Shown: one piece after another, positions 14,160-26,180 of the stretch | Layout of the letters: the number at the start of each line of letters is the position of its first letter | How positions within the stretch are numbered: position 1 is the first letter of the stretch | DNA from: Phoronis australis | Taxonomy: Eukaryota > Animalia > Phoronida | NCBI GenBank assembly: GCA_002633005.1 | Contig: NMRA01000373.1 | Location: forward strand, 300,275-364,274 | Direction: 5' to 3' | DNA length: 64,000 bases | Translations under genes and position numbers: made by a program | Notes under the pieces: model-generated | Told to the model about the DNA's origin: nothing | The model's input: the letters and a program-made list of their open reading frames with translations, nothing else | Database searches by the model: none

Positions 14160-15015
14160 GGACCTCTTTCTACATTAGGCTTCAGTCCTGAATACTCAAG
14201 GAATGTCTCAAAGAGTTTTGTTAGAACCATCTGAAGAGGCCAGTACCATCTGCTTACTCAAGAAGTTTCAGATAAAATTTTTTTAGGAAGTTCAATTCTG
14301 TTCATTTTTCTATGTGGCGGGACGGGCTCTTGCCTGTTGGCGAGAGTCACTGTCCATAGTCTGATGTCCATTGTGACGTCTACTTGAAGCTCTTTGATGG
14401 CTAGTTATTTGCAAATGTCCATGCGGGTTCTTTGGAGACCTCGTGGTTTCGGTCAGTCTTGAATCGGAGTTTGTGAAATGTGGCTGTACTGATGGGATAA
14501 GCAATCACTGATCTATTTCTGTAAAGCGAACTCGTGACATCTATTTTGTCTGAACATAATACCTATTATTTCAACACACATTGTAAATCATAAGAATGGT
14601 GACGCTGGATCCAAGTCGCCTTGTCGACAACCGCGACTAATACCCTGACGCAAAAACCATGTTGTGTCATACAAAGGTTAGCGTTGGTGTTTTAACAAGC
14701 GAATTCTCCTAGTCAATACAAGTTTCCTTAAAATTAGAAAACGACATGGTATTATAGATCATACCCCAAGAAACGGAATCGTTGGGAAAACTTTTTCAAA
14801 ATCTGTTTAAGCAATTAGACTAACGATGCCATTTAATTTGGTAAATTGTAGCACATCATCAATAATTCTAATATTTTGAACCATAACTTTCCATTTAATA
14901 AAACCTGTTTGATTCTCATGAATAATTTCACTGATAACCCGTTTGATATATGTACTTTGCGCTGTACACTCGGACAGTATTTTGTAGGTAGTATTAAGAT
15001 GTGCTCTGGTCGCCA
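14160..15015 (-). mobile_element. Degenerate L1/Tx1-clade RT fragment (copy A)
   Basis: LNTTYKILS..IIHENQTGFIK..NIRIIDD, GCRQGD, FLEYSGLKPN. Confidence 0.75.
14313..14539. mobile_element. Solo LTR (TG...CA, 4-bp TSD)
   Basis: tcta|tgtggcgg...tcgtgaca|tcta. Absent at the paralogous site (54620 atttctattttgtctgaac). Confidence 0.7.
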
Positions 15016-16278
15016 ATTTTTTGCATTTTCTCATTTTGTATTTTGTCAGTTTACTGGTAATAGGAATTACCACTTGAACTTGACTTTGGAGCTTGGAACT
15101 GAAATATTACTAACCTCGACGATCGGTTGCCCTTCCTGACAAGTAAATCATTGTTTTTATAGGGGAACTTGCCGATCAAAGGAAACCTTGACCAGTTCCT
15201 CTGCCTCAATCTAATCATCACCTTTTCATGCTGAATTTTCTCGTACAACGCTCTTTCTTTCGTATTTTTTGTCGACTCATTTCCAATTGCGGTCTCCTTC
15301 CCTTTCGTGACTCAAAAAATGCCACCTTCGAAGCTGTGGTGTCAGCGGTGGACAAACGGTTTACTAACTGACCTATCGCAAGCTCCGCCCCCTTGCGTAA
15401 TGTCGACAAACAACCAATAAGTTTCACCCGACAACGTGTTGTTTGTCGGGTATAATGGCGGCTTGGAAACGAAGGTGTATCAAGAATGATGCGTTCTGAT
15501 TGGTCAGTTAAGCCGTCACTCAAAGTCCTGGCGATAGGTCTATTGCTGTGGCCGAGGTAATATGGCCGTCAGACGAGAAATTCCAGGCAAAACAAACGAT
15601 AAGAACCCAATGACGTTGCCTTAATTGGACGACCTAATACGATAAGTGAAGAAAACTGACGTTTTTAGCACAATAACATGGTTTAAGTATAGTTGAAACT
15701 GCTAGGCTCTTTCTGGAACTGAGTATTGCGCCATCATTCGGCAGTGTGGTCTAAAAGTCTTGTAATGTGTGAGCAAATGAAGATTACGGAATTCGACCAT
15801 TAAATACACTGTAGTACACTCCCTGATTCAACTCAGTGGTCTTGTCATCAAAGTCGGTTATGCCAACTCAGGTTGACTAGAAATACAATGTACATGTGCT
15901 AATCAAGTTCCCCTTCGGCGGTTGTCTACGTACATGTACTATCAAAATAGTGCGACGACGGCTGCATTGATAAGTCATCAATAGAAAGACTATAACGTCC
16001 CTTTAAAGAACCAAAATTGAGAAAATTACGATATTTTGTTACCTTTCCCATACCTTTGCCCTGTAGAATAAAATGGAAAACAATCCCAGAGCCCCATGGG
16101 TTTTTTGCGTTAATGGAACTCTTTCGGAAGTCCCCATTAGCGATCATAGTATTAATATTTAACGAAAACGTATGTTTGGCTCCAGCATTAAAACTAATTT
16201 TAATCTACTTGTCAATCCACTGGAAAGCAGGAAACCATAAAGAGCCCATCGCTGAGGAACGTTACGGAACTCAAAGCA

Positions 16279-16588
16279 ATGTTTTCGTGCTTTTTGCTAC
16301 TGGCTTTGTGTAATTGTGTTCGTTCACTTACCACGGATTTTCGCAAGCCAAAATTTATGTCGCCTGATGCGCGAATAACAAACTTGATTGTAAACTCTTT
16401 TTGTCTGAGCTCATACATTCACTGTACTCAGCTGTGTGTTAGAAAGTTTTCTAAGAGCTGTAGTTTCGTGAATTACCATAAGCAGGCAAGAAGATGTGAA
16501 ATTAGTGACGCCATCATCCACCCGCACTCGTATCCGGTCACTCACGAAGACGGATGGTCACACTGGGTGAACACTGGGATTTCCAGTG
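16279..16588 (+). CDS. Secreted PAN/Apple-domain protein, copy A, exon 1 (signal peptide + PAN domain)
   Basis: MFSCFLLLALCNCVRS hydrophobic leader; C-x3-C..C.SFVNY....RRCEIS..GWSHW PAN pattern; donor G|gtgagt; conserved with 56859-57168. Confidence 0.8.
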
Positions 16589-18221
16589 GTGAGTTTTTGT
16601 GGCAACGTTTGGTGTAGGTTGATTACCACAGCTTGTTCTTACCCGAGATTGGGAATTTGAGTGTCAAAACACCGCACCTAACCATTCTTCACAAAGCATA
16701 TAGGCACACTAATCATGTGTTTTTTAACCAAAGTTTGTGCCTGTTGAGCCCTGTGCGCGTGTTTAGTGGGAGTGGTATAAGTGATTCTGCCCCGTGTATG
16801 TGTTCTGCCAACCTCAGCAAGTTTGCAAAAGTCCCTTCTTAAAGCCGCCATAAATTATGTTCTGGGTGCAAACACGTCTATTTTCTTCACAGTTGTATTA
16901 TTTTGCTTTTGCAATACGACGTCATCGTTTTCTTATCCTTTGTTTGAAATAAATTTGGTTATATACAATGAAATCAACGAGACCTGAACTTTACGAAGGA
17001 GTGTTTTCATTCTAATCGCTAGCACACAACACGGAGTTCATTACCAGCTGGTCAAAAAACAATTTTCCAATGTATAATCTTATCTTATGATGAGAATTCC
17101 GTCCATAGCCTTGTTTTTGGTTGTCTTTAATTTCCATAAAATAATAAAAAGTGTTTTTAATTCGCAGTAAATGAGGAGAGCCAGGCGCTTCATTCTCTAT
17201 TAAGTAAATTAATGGCGTCCACTGATGACGAGTTGTCGTCTTAATCTTTCTTACACTGTACCTTCCTAGAACCTCTTTTGTCACTGGTAGTAAGCTCGGT
17301 CTTAAAGAAGATAGGAACAAGTATCGATTGTCTTCCGACTGAAATTTTGAGGAATCGCAGGGTAACCGTGAAAAGAGCGTACGACTGATCGCGGAAGTGG
17401 CAGCTTTTCACTGCTTTAAAAATTGGTCGTAGGTGGTTTTAAACATATTTAAATTACAGTTGCGTCTCATTAAACAAATTCTATGTCGTAGCTTCTTGCA
17501 AGAAGTGGAATCACCAGTTCTGATTCATCGCACAAGAAGTCCAGTCTTGCATAATTGTGCATCAATGCGTCGCATGATTTATCGTGCAACTGTTCGTGCC
17601 ACTAAACGATTGGTGGCAACTATCAGTGGAACGTTCTTAAGATCAGTCCTGAGTAGCGGCACAAAGTTACGGTTGCTCGTTCGTTGACATGGCTCGTAAA
17701 TGCAATCGTTAAAAGAGTACGACCGGCCTTACTGCCAAAAACATTTCGGGTTTTATATACATGTACATGTAGGTTATACAACGTACGTGTTTGTACCAGT
17801 GGTTATTATATCGAGATTCGCGATATGCACGAATCGGGATATAAAAACACACCGGTACAAACGAGTACGTTGTATAACCTATTTATTCTATGCGCCCCAC
17901 TGAGAATTATTTAAAGAAGCGGTGTCACACAGATCTGTGAGGGTCTCGTTGGGACATTCCCTGATGAAATGAATTTTCGATAGGATATGGCAGTAGTATG
18001 CCTATGTATGTGGGATAACCTGTATATATACGTCAATCGATATACGTTAGTTTTTATTTTTCCCGTTTTTTATTTTTCCCATACTCTTCGAATTCCTAGG
18101 TTTCTTTCATTTTACCTCAGATACTTCTCTCAGACTGTTCACGTGGCGGATCACATCCTATATGTATGTACTTGCGCCCAGTTAGGTTGCAAGTTTTCTC
18201 CAGTAAAAGAAACAGTTTGAA

Positions 18222-18617
18222 AGGGGAATTCGTCAGAGAAATCACTGTCGGCGAAATGCCGGCCCTAGATCGACACGGAGATGTTTCACGGCCTCATACT
18301 TGCTATTAACAGCGTACCTATCATTCTTCATTACCGCGAGCCATTTCCTAAGCATTTCGGGCTCTCGAGGAAGTCGAAAACACGATATACCCGCCTTCTT
18401 CGCAGCTTCATAGTTCGGACAAGCGGGAACGATGCACTGCAAGATAACGGCATTCACTCTGCAGACGAACCACTGACGTCAATGCGTCGTTTCTCACCTT
18501 CCTCAAAGGTTAACGCGACACCTCTCGGTAAGGTGAGGTCGACCGTGTAAGAGGCGATGTGGATATAGACCGATTAAGACGGGAAAAAAGACTAATTAAA
18601 TCGGGTGGCATTCTCCT
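18222..18617 (-). mobile_element. Kolobok-like mini-element carrying a THAP zinc-finger fragment
   Basis: t(g)aa|aggggaat...attctcct|ttaa; empty site aaacagttttaaatgtg at ~54914. ORF 18242-18457 reads CIVPACPN..ISCFRLP...RKWL...HLRV (THAP signature, degenerate). Confidence 0.65.
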
Positions 18618-18832
18618 TTAAATGTAACGATTTCTTAATTGAAAAGAGATAACAGAGAAAAAACAACGGCAACTTAGCACTGAACTTGTAACAACTCCTA
18701 AAAATAGTTAAATAACAACAATATTTGACATTGTAGTTACCGTGGAATCGGCGCTTGAGTTGCAGACGATATATATTTAGCAAAGGAAAAATGAGACAGA
18801 ACTGTCACATAATTAACAATCATGTTCCAGAT

Positions 18833-18981
18833 GTTCAGAAACGCTAGGACCTCGCTTAAAAACAAGACTTCGCGAGATTACGTGAGATATTGGCGTGCAT
18901 TTTAAGTGAGAGCACGTGACTTTGACTAGGTTTTAGTTAGGTCCTAGCGTAGGTCCTAGCGTCTACTGAACGCACGCCTGG
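18833..18981. mobile_element. MITE (second copy ~37658-37806)
   Basis: TIR gttcag(t)aacgctaggacct ... aggtcctagcgtctactgaac, two dispersed copies. Confidence 0.65.
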
Positions 18982-20436
18982 TTGCATGTTGAGTGTCACT
19001 CACTCTGCTGCAATTGCATTTCTTTAAACTATTTTCTGAAAGTTTGATGATTGAACCGTCTATCGACGTCGAGTCGACATTGACCTACCTTTTGAACTTT
19101 CCATGTCAGAGGTCGCTGTTGAAGTAGTGCGGGAGAAGAATAGGGAAAACTTTATTATATGGCCGTATTTCCTTCTACTGATTCAACGTGTATGGGATAA
19201 ATATACAGTCATGTTTCTACCAATTGTAGTGTATTGCGTGCTCAACAGGGAATTTTGACGAGAAAGAAGGCATCCGTATTCAACGCGCGCTGAATGCAGA
19301 AAAGTAGTTCTTCAATATCAAACCCCATAATTCATGTCCATACTATCATGCGTATAGGATAAGTTTGATTTATAAAACGATTATTGAATAGGCAGACATC
19401 TAAATACAAACAATCACAGCGAAAACTACAAAAGTAAAATACCTATTACGAGTAATATGCTGAGTTTGAGACCAAATAACACACGCACATGCGCACACGT
19501 GCATATTTTATGAAATTACTGCGCCAGAGTTTATTTTAAAAAATGCCAGTTTTTAATATATTCTGTTTCCATTTTTCGAGAAAATGCGCTTTAAATATCC
19601 TTCCAAATATTATTACGTTAATGCAGTTTTGAAAACTGCGATGTATAGTAATTGGTTCTGCATTCGAAGGGGAAAAATATTATTATATTTTGCTGGACTA
19701 ATGATAGCACTAATTGACTTATATGATCTAAACCCGCTAAATCCTCATATGATAGTGAATGCATTTAAATGCTTATCTACACTTCGGAAAAATTGTGATG
19801 TTTTTGCCAAAAACATTTGACAAGAGAAAAAAAATGTGTAAGCGCATTACCGGTTTTACGGCCCATAACGCGTGAGTGGATGAGATAGACCTTTTCAACT
19901 TTTGTGTTGGTTTAATAAGAGCTGTAAAGCATCTACATCCGTTTATATAAGGGGCTGTCAAAATAGGATTTTTACGATGTTCACGAAAATTTTTTAAAGA
20001 GTCATAAAACGAAAACGAAATTTTAGAAAACTGTAACACGGTTTTTGATATCTCATCTTGAACAGGTTATTTATACCTTTGTTTTGTTATACGTTTCTTT
20101 GTTTTTGCTAAATTTTACTCAGAGACATATTAAGCAAGTGCGGGCTCGTATTTCAGGTCGAGGTGCGGGACCTCTACTCAAATATTTGTACAACAATTAT
20201 CTCAAAGCAAAAGCAAAATAGGTTCAATTTTCATTTTTGAGAAGGAAACCAATTGAGACGGCTTCTGCATGATGCGACAGTGTGTCCACTGGACAACGCT
20301 AGCCGATAGCGATCGACTAGATTGGACGATTTCAGTCTAACTCAAACACCGCTAATCAGGCGTCCTACATGTACGCTTGTGCCATTTATCGAGAATGTTA
20401 AATTTTGTCAAGTACATACATTTTGTGCAAAACTTG

Positions 20437-21430
20437 ATTTTTATACACCCACATATTTATATGTTGGCGCATTAGGCTGTCATCTCTGTCCGTCCGGAGT
20501 CCGATGCTGCTGCTATATCTCCAAACCACTTAATGCATGTTCATGAAATTCTGCAGATGTTTTCTTTCATAGATGTGACGCCACGAGCGAACTTCGGACG
20601 AATCCGACTACCGTTGTATCCCCTAGTGCGTTTGCCTTTGTGTCTTCAGAGTTCCTTAACGGATTTGGTGAAATTTGACAAATATGTACATATTAGAAGA
20701 ATGACTACTTCAAGTTTTCAAGTAGTCCCTCTAGATTGGTACCGCTATCCGTGACGTCAGAATGTAACGCTGGGGAACCAGGTTACTTTTCGAATTGATT
20801 CGACATATTTTGCGCCACCTATTGACCATTTTTATTGTTTTCGACTCTGTTTTCAAGTTGCCGTCCGCCCATCTATAGGCCAAATCACTGTGAGGATGGT
20901 TGTGAAAAATCAAATTTATGTTCTTACTGGAAAGAGAACGATTGACGATGATTTTCGGACTACTCGAACAACAGTAGCTCCCAGTAGCAGCTTTTTGCGT
21001 CCTCGGTTGTATTTCCTAAGCCCTCAGAAGGATCTAAGCTAAATTTGGCAAGTGTATTTAAATCAGTGAAGGTGACTTTCGAACGGATCCATCTACCGCT
21101 GTGTTCCTAGTTACAATTTTATTTTTCTCGTTCTCCTATGTATCTTTGAAGTTCCTAGACGGACTTTTATCAGATTTGGTACACCCCGTAGACGGTATTT
21201 TAAGTTTACCAGCAATGTTCAATTTAGTGGGAATTCTTGAAATACAGTGTAGCAATCATCCCTTCTATCTTCGCTATATGCGATGCACACTATGGGCGCA
21301 TACCAACGCTCCGCGTTCCCCTTGTTACAGATTTTACAGCTCTGTATTTCAACAAAACCGAAATTGTAAATTCAAGAGCAGTAAACAAATAAAATAATGC
21401 TTGGCGCCACGAAGGTTTGTTTGCAAGTTT
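20437..21430 (+). mobile_element. Helentron-associated (HINE/DINE-like) non-autonomous element; paralog ~58220-59170
   Basis: tttttatacacccac start, ctgtccgtcc micro-repeat, tatctccaaaccact...catgaaatt motif and internally repeated units. Classification is by resemblance. Confidence 0.4.
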
Positions 21431-22053
21431 AAGATTTGAGCATTTCTACGCCACCTACAATGCTGTGGACATCGCTTACTGAGAGGGGCCAGGCACCGAT
21501 GAACCTACACTGGCGAGACCTCAATTTTCCAAATCGGTTCGCATCACCTGAGGTCAGTGCTTCCACAGGCGTAGAAACATGTATACGTTTATAATGTTGC
21601 GAGCCATGAGCGACGCACCATAGGGGGCTCGGGNTCCACTTTTTTCAGTGCTGCGCCACCCATGGTCTATAGGCGCTGCACCACAGGGGGGCTGGGGGAC
21701 CATAGCCCCCACTTTTTTCAGTGCTGCGCAAGGCCTCAAACAGCGCCGGGTCCGTGGTATATGCAACTTCTGGTACGTTCGTACGTGATTCATTGTTTTA
21801 AAAACACACTTTTAGGTTCTTATACAATAAACTTGTCTTACGTAAAAACAATTTTTGATTTTGTCTGCCTAACGCCATCTAAAGGTAGGATACGATTCCT
21901 ACCATGGCAAAGGCACTGTTGAGACCATCTAGTAATTATGTTCAAGAATTTCGATGTTTAGGATGCAAGTACAAAGGATATAATGCCCCTATCTGATATT
22001 TGATTCGGGTTCAATTGGTGCCATGAGTGATTGCAGAAAGTTCTTTCTTCCAG

Positions 22054-22247
22054 AATGGACCCTCTTCTTAGACAATTGGGACCTGGTCTTGAAAGCAACT
22101 AGGAACAACAGCAACTCTGCATACGACTTGTGGGAGAGCACGCGCTCCACCCCATCCTTCGCGGACCTGTTACAGCTTCAGACAGGTTCGCCGACTAATT
22201 TCAAGAGTGTAAAAGTTGAAGACTGGGCAAATCTTCGAGTTCACAAG
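22054..22247 (+). CDS. PAN-domain protein copy A, exon 2
   Basis: Acceptor ttctttcttccag; phase-1 join gives G|AA = E WTLFLDNWDLVLKATRNNSNSAYDLW...FKSVKVEDWANLRVHK. Same 194-nt length and open frame in copy B. Confidence 0.75.
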
Positions 22248-22411
22248 GCAGGTGTATTGCTTATTAGAGTGAGAATCAAAATATGTAAAGTGTGAAACAC
22301 CTGAGGAAATAGGCTAAAATTTCTGCGATAATTGTTGGCTGAACAAAACTGTTTCTGTTTGTTAGCTAGAACCGTTGAAATCAAGGTGCAGTCCTTAAAG
22401 CAAAGTGTACT

Positions 22412-22488
22412 GACCTTAGTAACAAGTACCGACCTTAGCAACAAGTACCGACCTTGGCAACAAGTACCGACCTTAGCAACAAGTACCA
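22412..22488. repeat. 19-bp minisatellite (gaccttagcaacaagtacc) x4
   Basis: Direct tandem units. Confidence 0.9.
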
Positions 22489-22561
22489 TCCCATTATTTC
22501 TCAGTGAATTCGCTTCTGTTTGCGTATTGACAAAGCTCAATATTTAATGGTTGTATTTCAG

Positions 22562-22725
22562 GTTAGATTCAGCTTCTTCGACAAAGGGGTGGAAGTATTC
22601 AAAATAATTTTCGATGGCATAGACTCCACCAAAATGAATTGGTTCGCCAAGAGCAGATTAGTGGAAGACCCTTTCACCGACCTAACTCCAACGACTGCTT
22701 TGGAAGTTTTCAACATAACAGGCTG
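22562..22725 (+). CDS. PAN-domain protein copy A, exon 3
   Basis: Acceptor gtatttcag; VRFSFFDKGVEVFKIIFDGIDSTKMNWFAKSRLVEDPFTDL..FNITG; donor gtaagc; 164 nt in both copies. Confidence 0.75.
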
Positions 22726-23000
22726 GTAAGCAAGTTTATAGAATACACAACCGAGTATTTGTTCACACTACATTATATCCTAGACCACTTATGCGGTACG
22801 CCGACGGGGGAGTAACTGTACAGTTCTCATTGAGTTTTAACTGAGAATCCAGACTTCACAGACCCCATTTTTTTCGATTCTGTAGAAAACTGTATGATGA
22901 ATAAAATGAAAACTTGTGGACTATTTCATCCCGACTTCCATCCACCAGGGCGGGTGACATCATGTCACTCGGCAGTTTCTAAAAATATATGTTTTAGAAA

Positions 23001-23564
23001 TTGGAAATAAACAATAAAAACTGTATACGCCAAATTAATTATCAGATTGTGTACAAGACTGGTAACTCGAACTTAGACGCTGACGCGTTGTCAAGAATCA
23101 TGATAGCGTGGCCTGATCACGGCCAGACTTGGCTTTGTGGAGTTACAACACGGAGTGGGTTGGACACTTCGTCGTCGTTCCCTGCCCTACATAACACCGA
23201 GTTAGTGAATTTACAACGAAATGATAGTATTCTTGGTGACGTGATGGAATGCTTGCGAGCAAAACGTAAGCCTGGTGACACTGCAAATAGCGGTGTACGG
23301 AAATTTTTGAGGTATTGGAATGACCTGTACTTAGATCGGAGAAAGGTGTTCATAAACAGGGTTTCGTCAGTTGGTAATGAAGTTGTTAGTATGTTAGTTG
23401 TGTAAGTGTGCCACAGTCGCTACGAAATGAAATTATGGTGTCTCTACATGATGCAGCTGGGCACCAAGGGTATGAGAGAACATGTGCTTTGATTAGTAAT
23501 CGTTAAAAGAAACCGAGGACGATCATGAGTCACTTGTCAGTATGTAGACCCAATGAAGTGTTAG
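23001..23564 (+). mobile_element. Gypsy/Ty3 pol remnant (RNase H end, integrase zinc-binding region)
   Basis: YQIVYKTGNSNLDADALSR, LQRNDSILGDV, VPQSLRNEIMVSLHDAAGHQGYERT, RPNEVLAV. Confidence 0.8.
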
Positions 23565-25443
23565 CAGTGGCAGATCTACGTTTTCAGTAACGGGGGCGGG
23601 TAGGTGTTAGGATTCGAGTGAATCTGAGGTCAGTGCGTAGCGCCGAGAGGAAGGAATGTCGGGAGGGGCTCCACCCTCCCGTCTAAGGTTTTTTGCGGTT
23701 TTTAGTAGCTGGTTTCGTTTTTCTGGCGAATTTTTTCAATTTTTATTTTTGATCCTGTCCCGAGTGGGGGGGGGNNNNNNNNNNNNNNNNNNNNNNNNNN
23801 NNNNNNNNNNNNNNNNNNNNNNNNNNNNNNNNNNNNNNNNNNNNNNNNNNNNNNNNNNNNNNNNNNNNNNNNNNNNNNNNNNNNNNNNNNNNNNNNNNNN
23901 NNNNNNNNNNNNNNNNNNNNNNNNNNNNNNNNNNNNNNNNNNNNNNNNNNNNNNNNNNNNNNNNNNNNNNNNNNNNNNNNNNNNNNNNNNNNNNNNNNNN
24001 NNNNNNNNNNNNNNNNNNNNNNNNNNNNNNNNNNNNNNNNNNNNNNNNNNNNNNNNNNNNNNNNNNNNNNNNNNNNNNNNNNNNNNNNNNNNNNNNNNNN
24101 NNNNNNNNNNNNNNNNNNNNNNNNNNNNNNNNNNNNNNNNNNNNNNNNNNNNNNNNNNNNNNNNNNNNNNNNNNNNNNNNNNNNNNNNNNNNNNNNNNNN
24201 NNNNNNNNNNNNNNNNNNNNNNNNNNNNNNNNNNNNNNNNNNNNNNNNNNNNNNNNNNNNNNNNNNNNNNNNNNNNNNNNNNNNNNNNNNNNNNNNNNNN
24301 NNNNNNNNNNNNNNNNNNNNNNNNNNNNNNNNNNNNNNNNNNNNNNNNNNNNNNNNNNNNNNNNNNNNNNNNNNNNNNNNNNNNNNNNNNNNNNNNNNNN
24401 NNNNNNNNNNNNNNNNNNNNNNNNNNNNNNNNNNNNNNNNNNNNNNNNNNNNNNNNNNNNNNNNNNNNNNNNNNNNNNNNNNNNNNNNNNNNNNNNNNNN
24501 NNNNNNNNNNNNNNNNNNNNNNNNNNNNNNNNNNNNNNNNNNNNNNNNNNNNNNNNNNNNNNNNNNNNNNNNNNNNNNNNNNNNNNNNNNNNNNNNNNNN
24601 NNNNNNNNNNNNNNNNNNNNNNNNNNNNNNNNNNNNNNNNNNNNNNNNNNNNNNNNNNNNNNNNNNNNNNNNNNNNNNNNNNNNNNNNNNNNNNNNNNNN
24701 NNNNNNNNNNNNNNNNNNNNNNNNNNNNNNNNNNNNNNNNNNNNGTGAGTGCCCCCTTGGTCATTCCTTGTATAGACATAACTTGTTACAGAGTGTGTCT
24801 TCAAACGGACTCGCCACCAGACCACGGCGCGAGCCACAATAGCAATTCTTCGGAAAAAGATTTTTTTTCAAAAATATTACATGTACATGTACACAATATT
24901 ACATGTAAATGTACACTGTATGATATTGCACAAGACAACTTTACTATACATCAGTTACAAACGTGTGGAGTGTAATAGAACGACACGGCATGACAGATGA
25001 GGTAAAAACGATGCACGTCAATTCGCCTGAATATCAGGGTTGCGGCACCGCAGTATTTCCCCTAATCAAATCAAAATATATCTTAGAGTAAAGAAGCTAG
25101 TTACCAAAAGAAATCAGCTATAGACCTGCTCTTTCAGCGGTGAATCCATCTAAAATGTTTGGCTACTTCAGAAGTGTCGACGGAAGCGCGCGCACAATTA
25201 ATCCCCGCGCGTTTTGCCGATGAGCCACAAAGACTCAGCAATTCACAATGCAAAAAACGATATTTTCAGAGTGAACCNCCCCCCCTCAATTTTTTCCAAG
25301 TTGGTTTACTTGGGGTTTACACACGCTGGCGATGCCGTTTTTGTTTTGCTGGATACGCTTTTGTTTTTTGTTTTTTTTTAATTTTTGGGTCCTGACCCGA
25401 GGGGGGGGTTTAAACCCCCTGACCCCCCGTAGATCCACCACTG
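23565..25443. mobile_element. hAT-like element with CAGTGGCGGATCTAC-type TIRs interrupting the Gypsy remnant (spans gap)
   Basis: cagtggcagatctacg ... cgtagatccaccactg; 24745-25443 matches 34505-35189; no TSD seen. Confidence 0.6.
23775..24744. other. Assembly gap
   Basis: Run of N. Confidence 1.
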
Positions 25444-25929
25444 CAGTATGTAAAACTAAGAGCTGATAAAATAATAGACGCTTGGCAACGCGCTCAGTAT
25501 TTTACTGACACTTCAAATGATTGGAATAAAGCTAGAAAAATGATACACGTACGTGGTTTCGCCGAATCACTTCCGGTTGGTGCAACGGTATTTCTGAGAG
25601 ACCACAGTATCATAGCGAGGGATAAAATTCAGAATGTATTTGGTTCAGTTCCTTATCGTATTGTTATGTGTATCCTGTTCGGGCGGCAGACGCTGCCGCA
25701 CCGCTTTAAACTGTGAATAGGTCGGAGATCTTGGATGGTAGGGACTAGGTAGGTTTCTATTTTTGTTGCTTTCTCCTGCTGCTGGTGTTGCGAACGTGGC
25801 AGACGTTGCCGTGCTGGAAGTGGAATGAGCGTTGTGATGTCTGTAGTACGAGAAAACTGAATGATTTCCATTTCACTGCGTTTTGTTTTCATAGTGTATG
25901 TTAATGTTGTCTGGACGACATTTGTTGCT

Positions 25930-26180
25930 AGGGGGAAGAACGTGACGGGGCGTTAGTAACTGTACGTTTATTGTTATGCTTATTTAGTTGATGCTAATCT
26001 GCGTCTCAGTGCGCCTTTGTTACGTGAACATGCGTGCGTGACAGTACAGTATGTGTCGGGCACTTGGCTAGCGACAGGCGTCAGAGAAGGGTGTGTTTCC
26101 TTCTTTCTGTGGTAACTATGGATTGAGCGTATGTAATTTCGAACTGAACTGTGATGTACATGTATGTATAAGGTGATACA
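25930..26180 (+). mobile_element. Putative polypurine tract and 3' LTR of the Gypsy remnant
   Basis: ggacgacatttgttgctagggggaagaa followed by (c)gtgacgggg; same sequence recurs inverted at ~1885-2052. Right boundary uncertain. Confidence 0.45.

Larger units (their letters stand above)
18071..19203. mobile_element. Non-autonomous element bounded by tatttatcccatac inverted repeats, with nested insertions
   Basis: Inverted ends; a shorter family member lies at 54767-55378. Confidence 0.65.
1..22950. repeat. Segmental duplication copy A (arrestin block ~1-6410; PAN-gene block ~14165-22950)
   Basis: Collinear, diverged match to ~43928-47880 and ~54485-63930. Example: 1 gcaaccacggaatgcagtgctgaactctgaaagc vs 43928 gcaaccatagaatgcagcgctgaactctgaaagc. 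Exons and introns align. Confidence 0.95.

Noticed and set aside
17492-17720. Candidate extra Cys-rich exon of the PAN gene
   Set aside because: Stops in the required phase and the region is absent from copy B.
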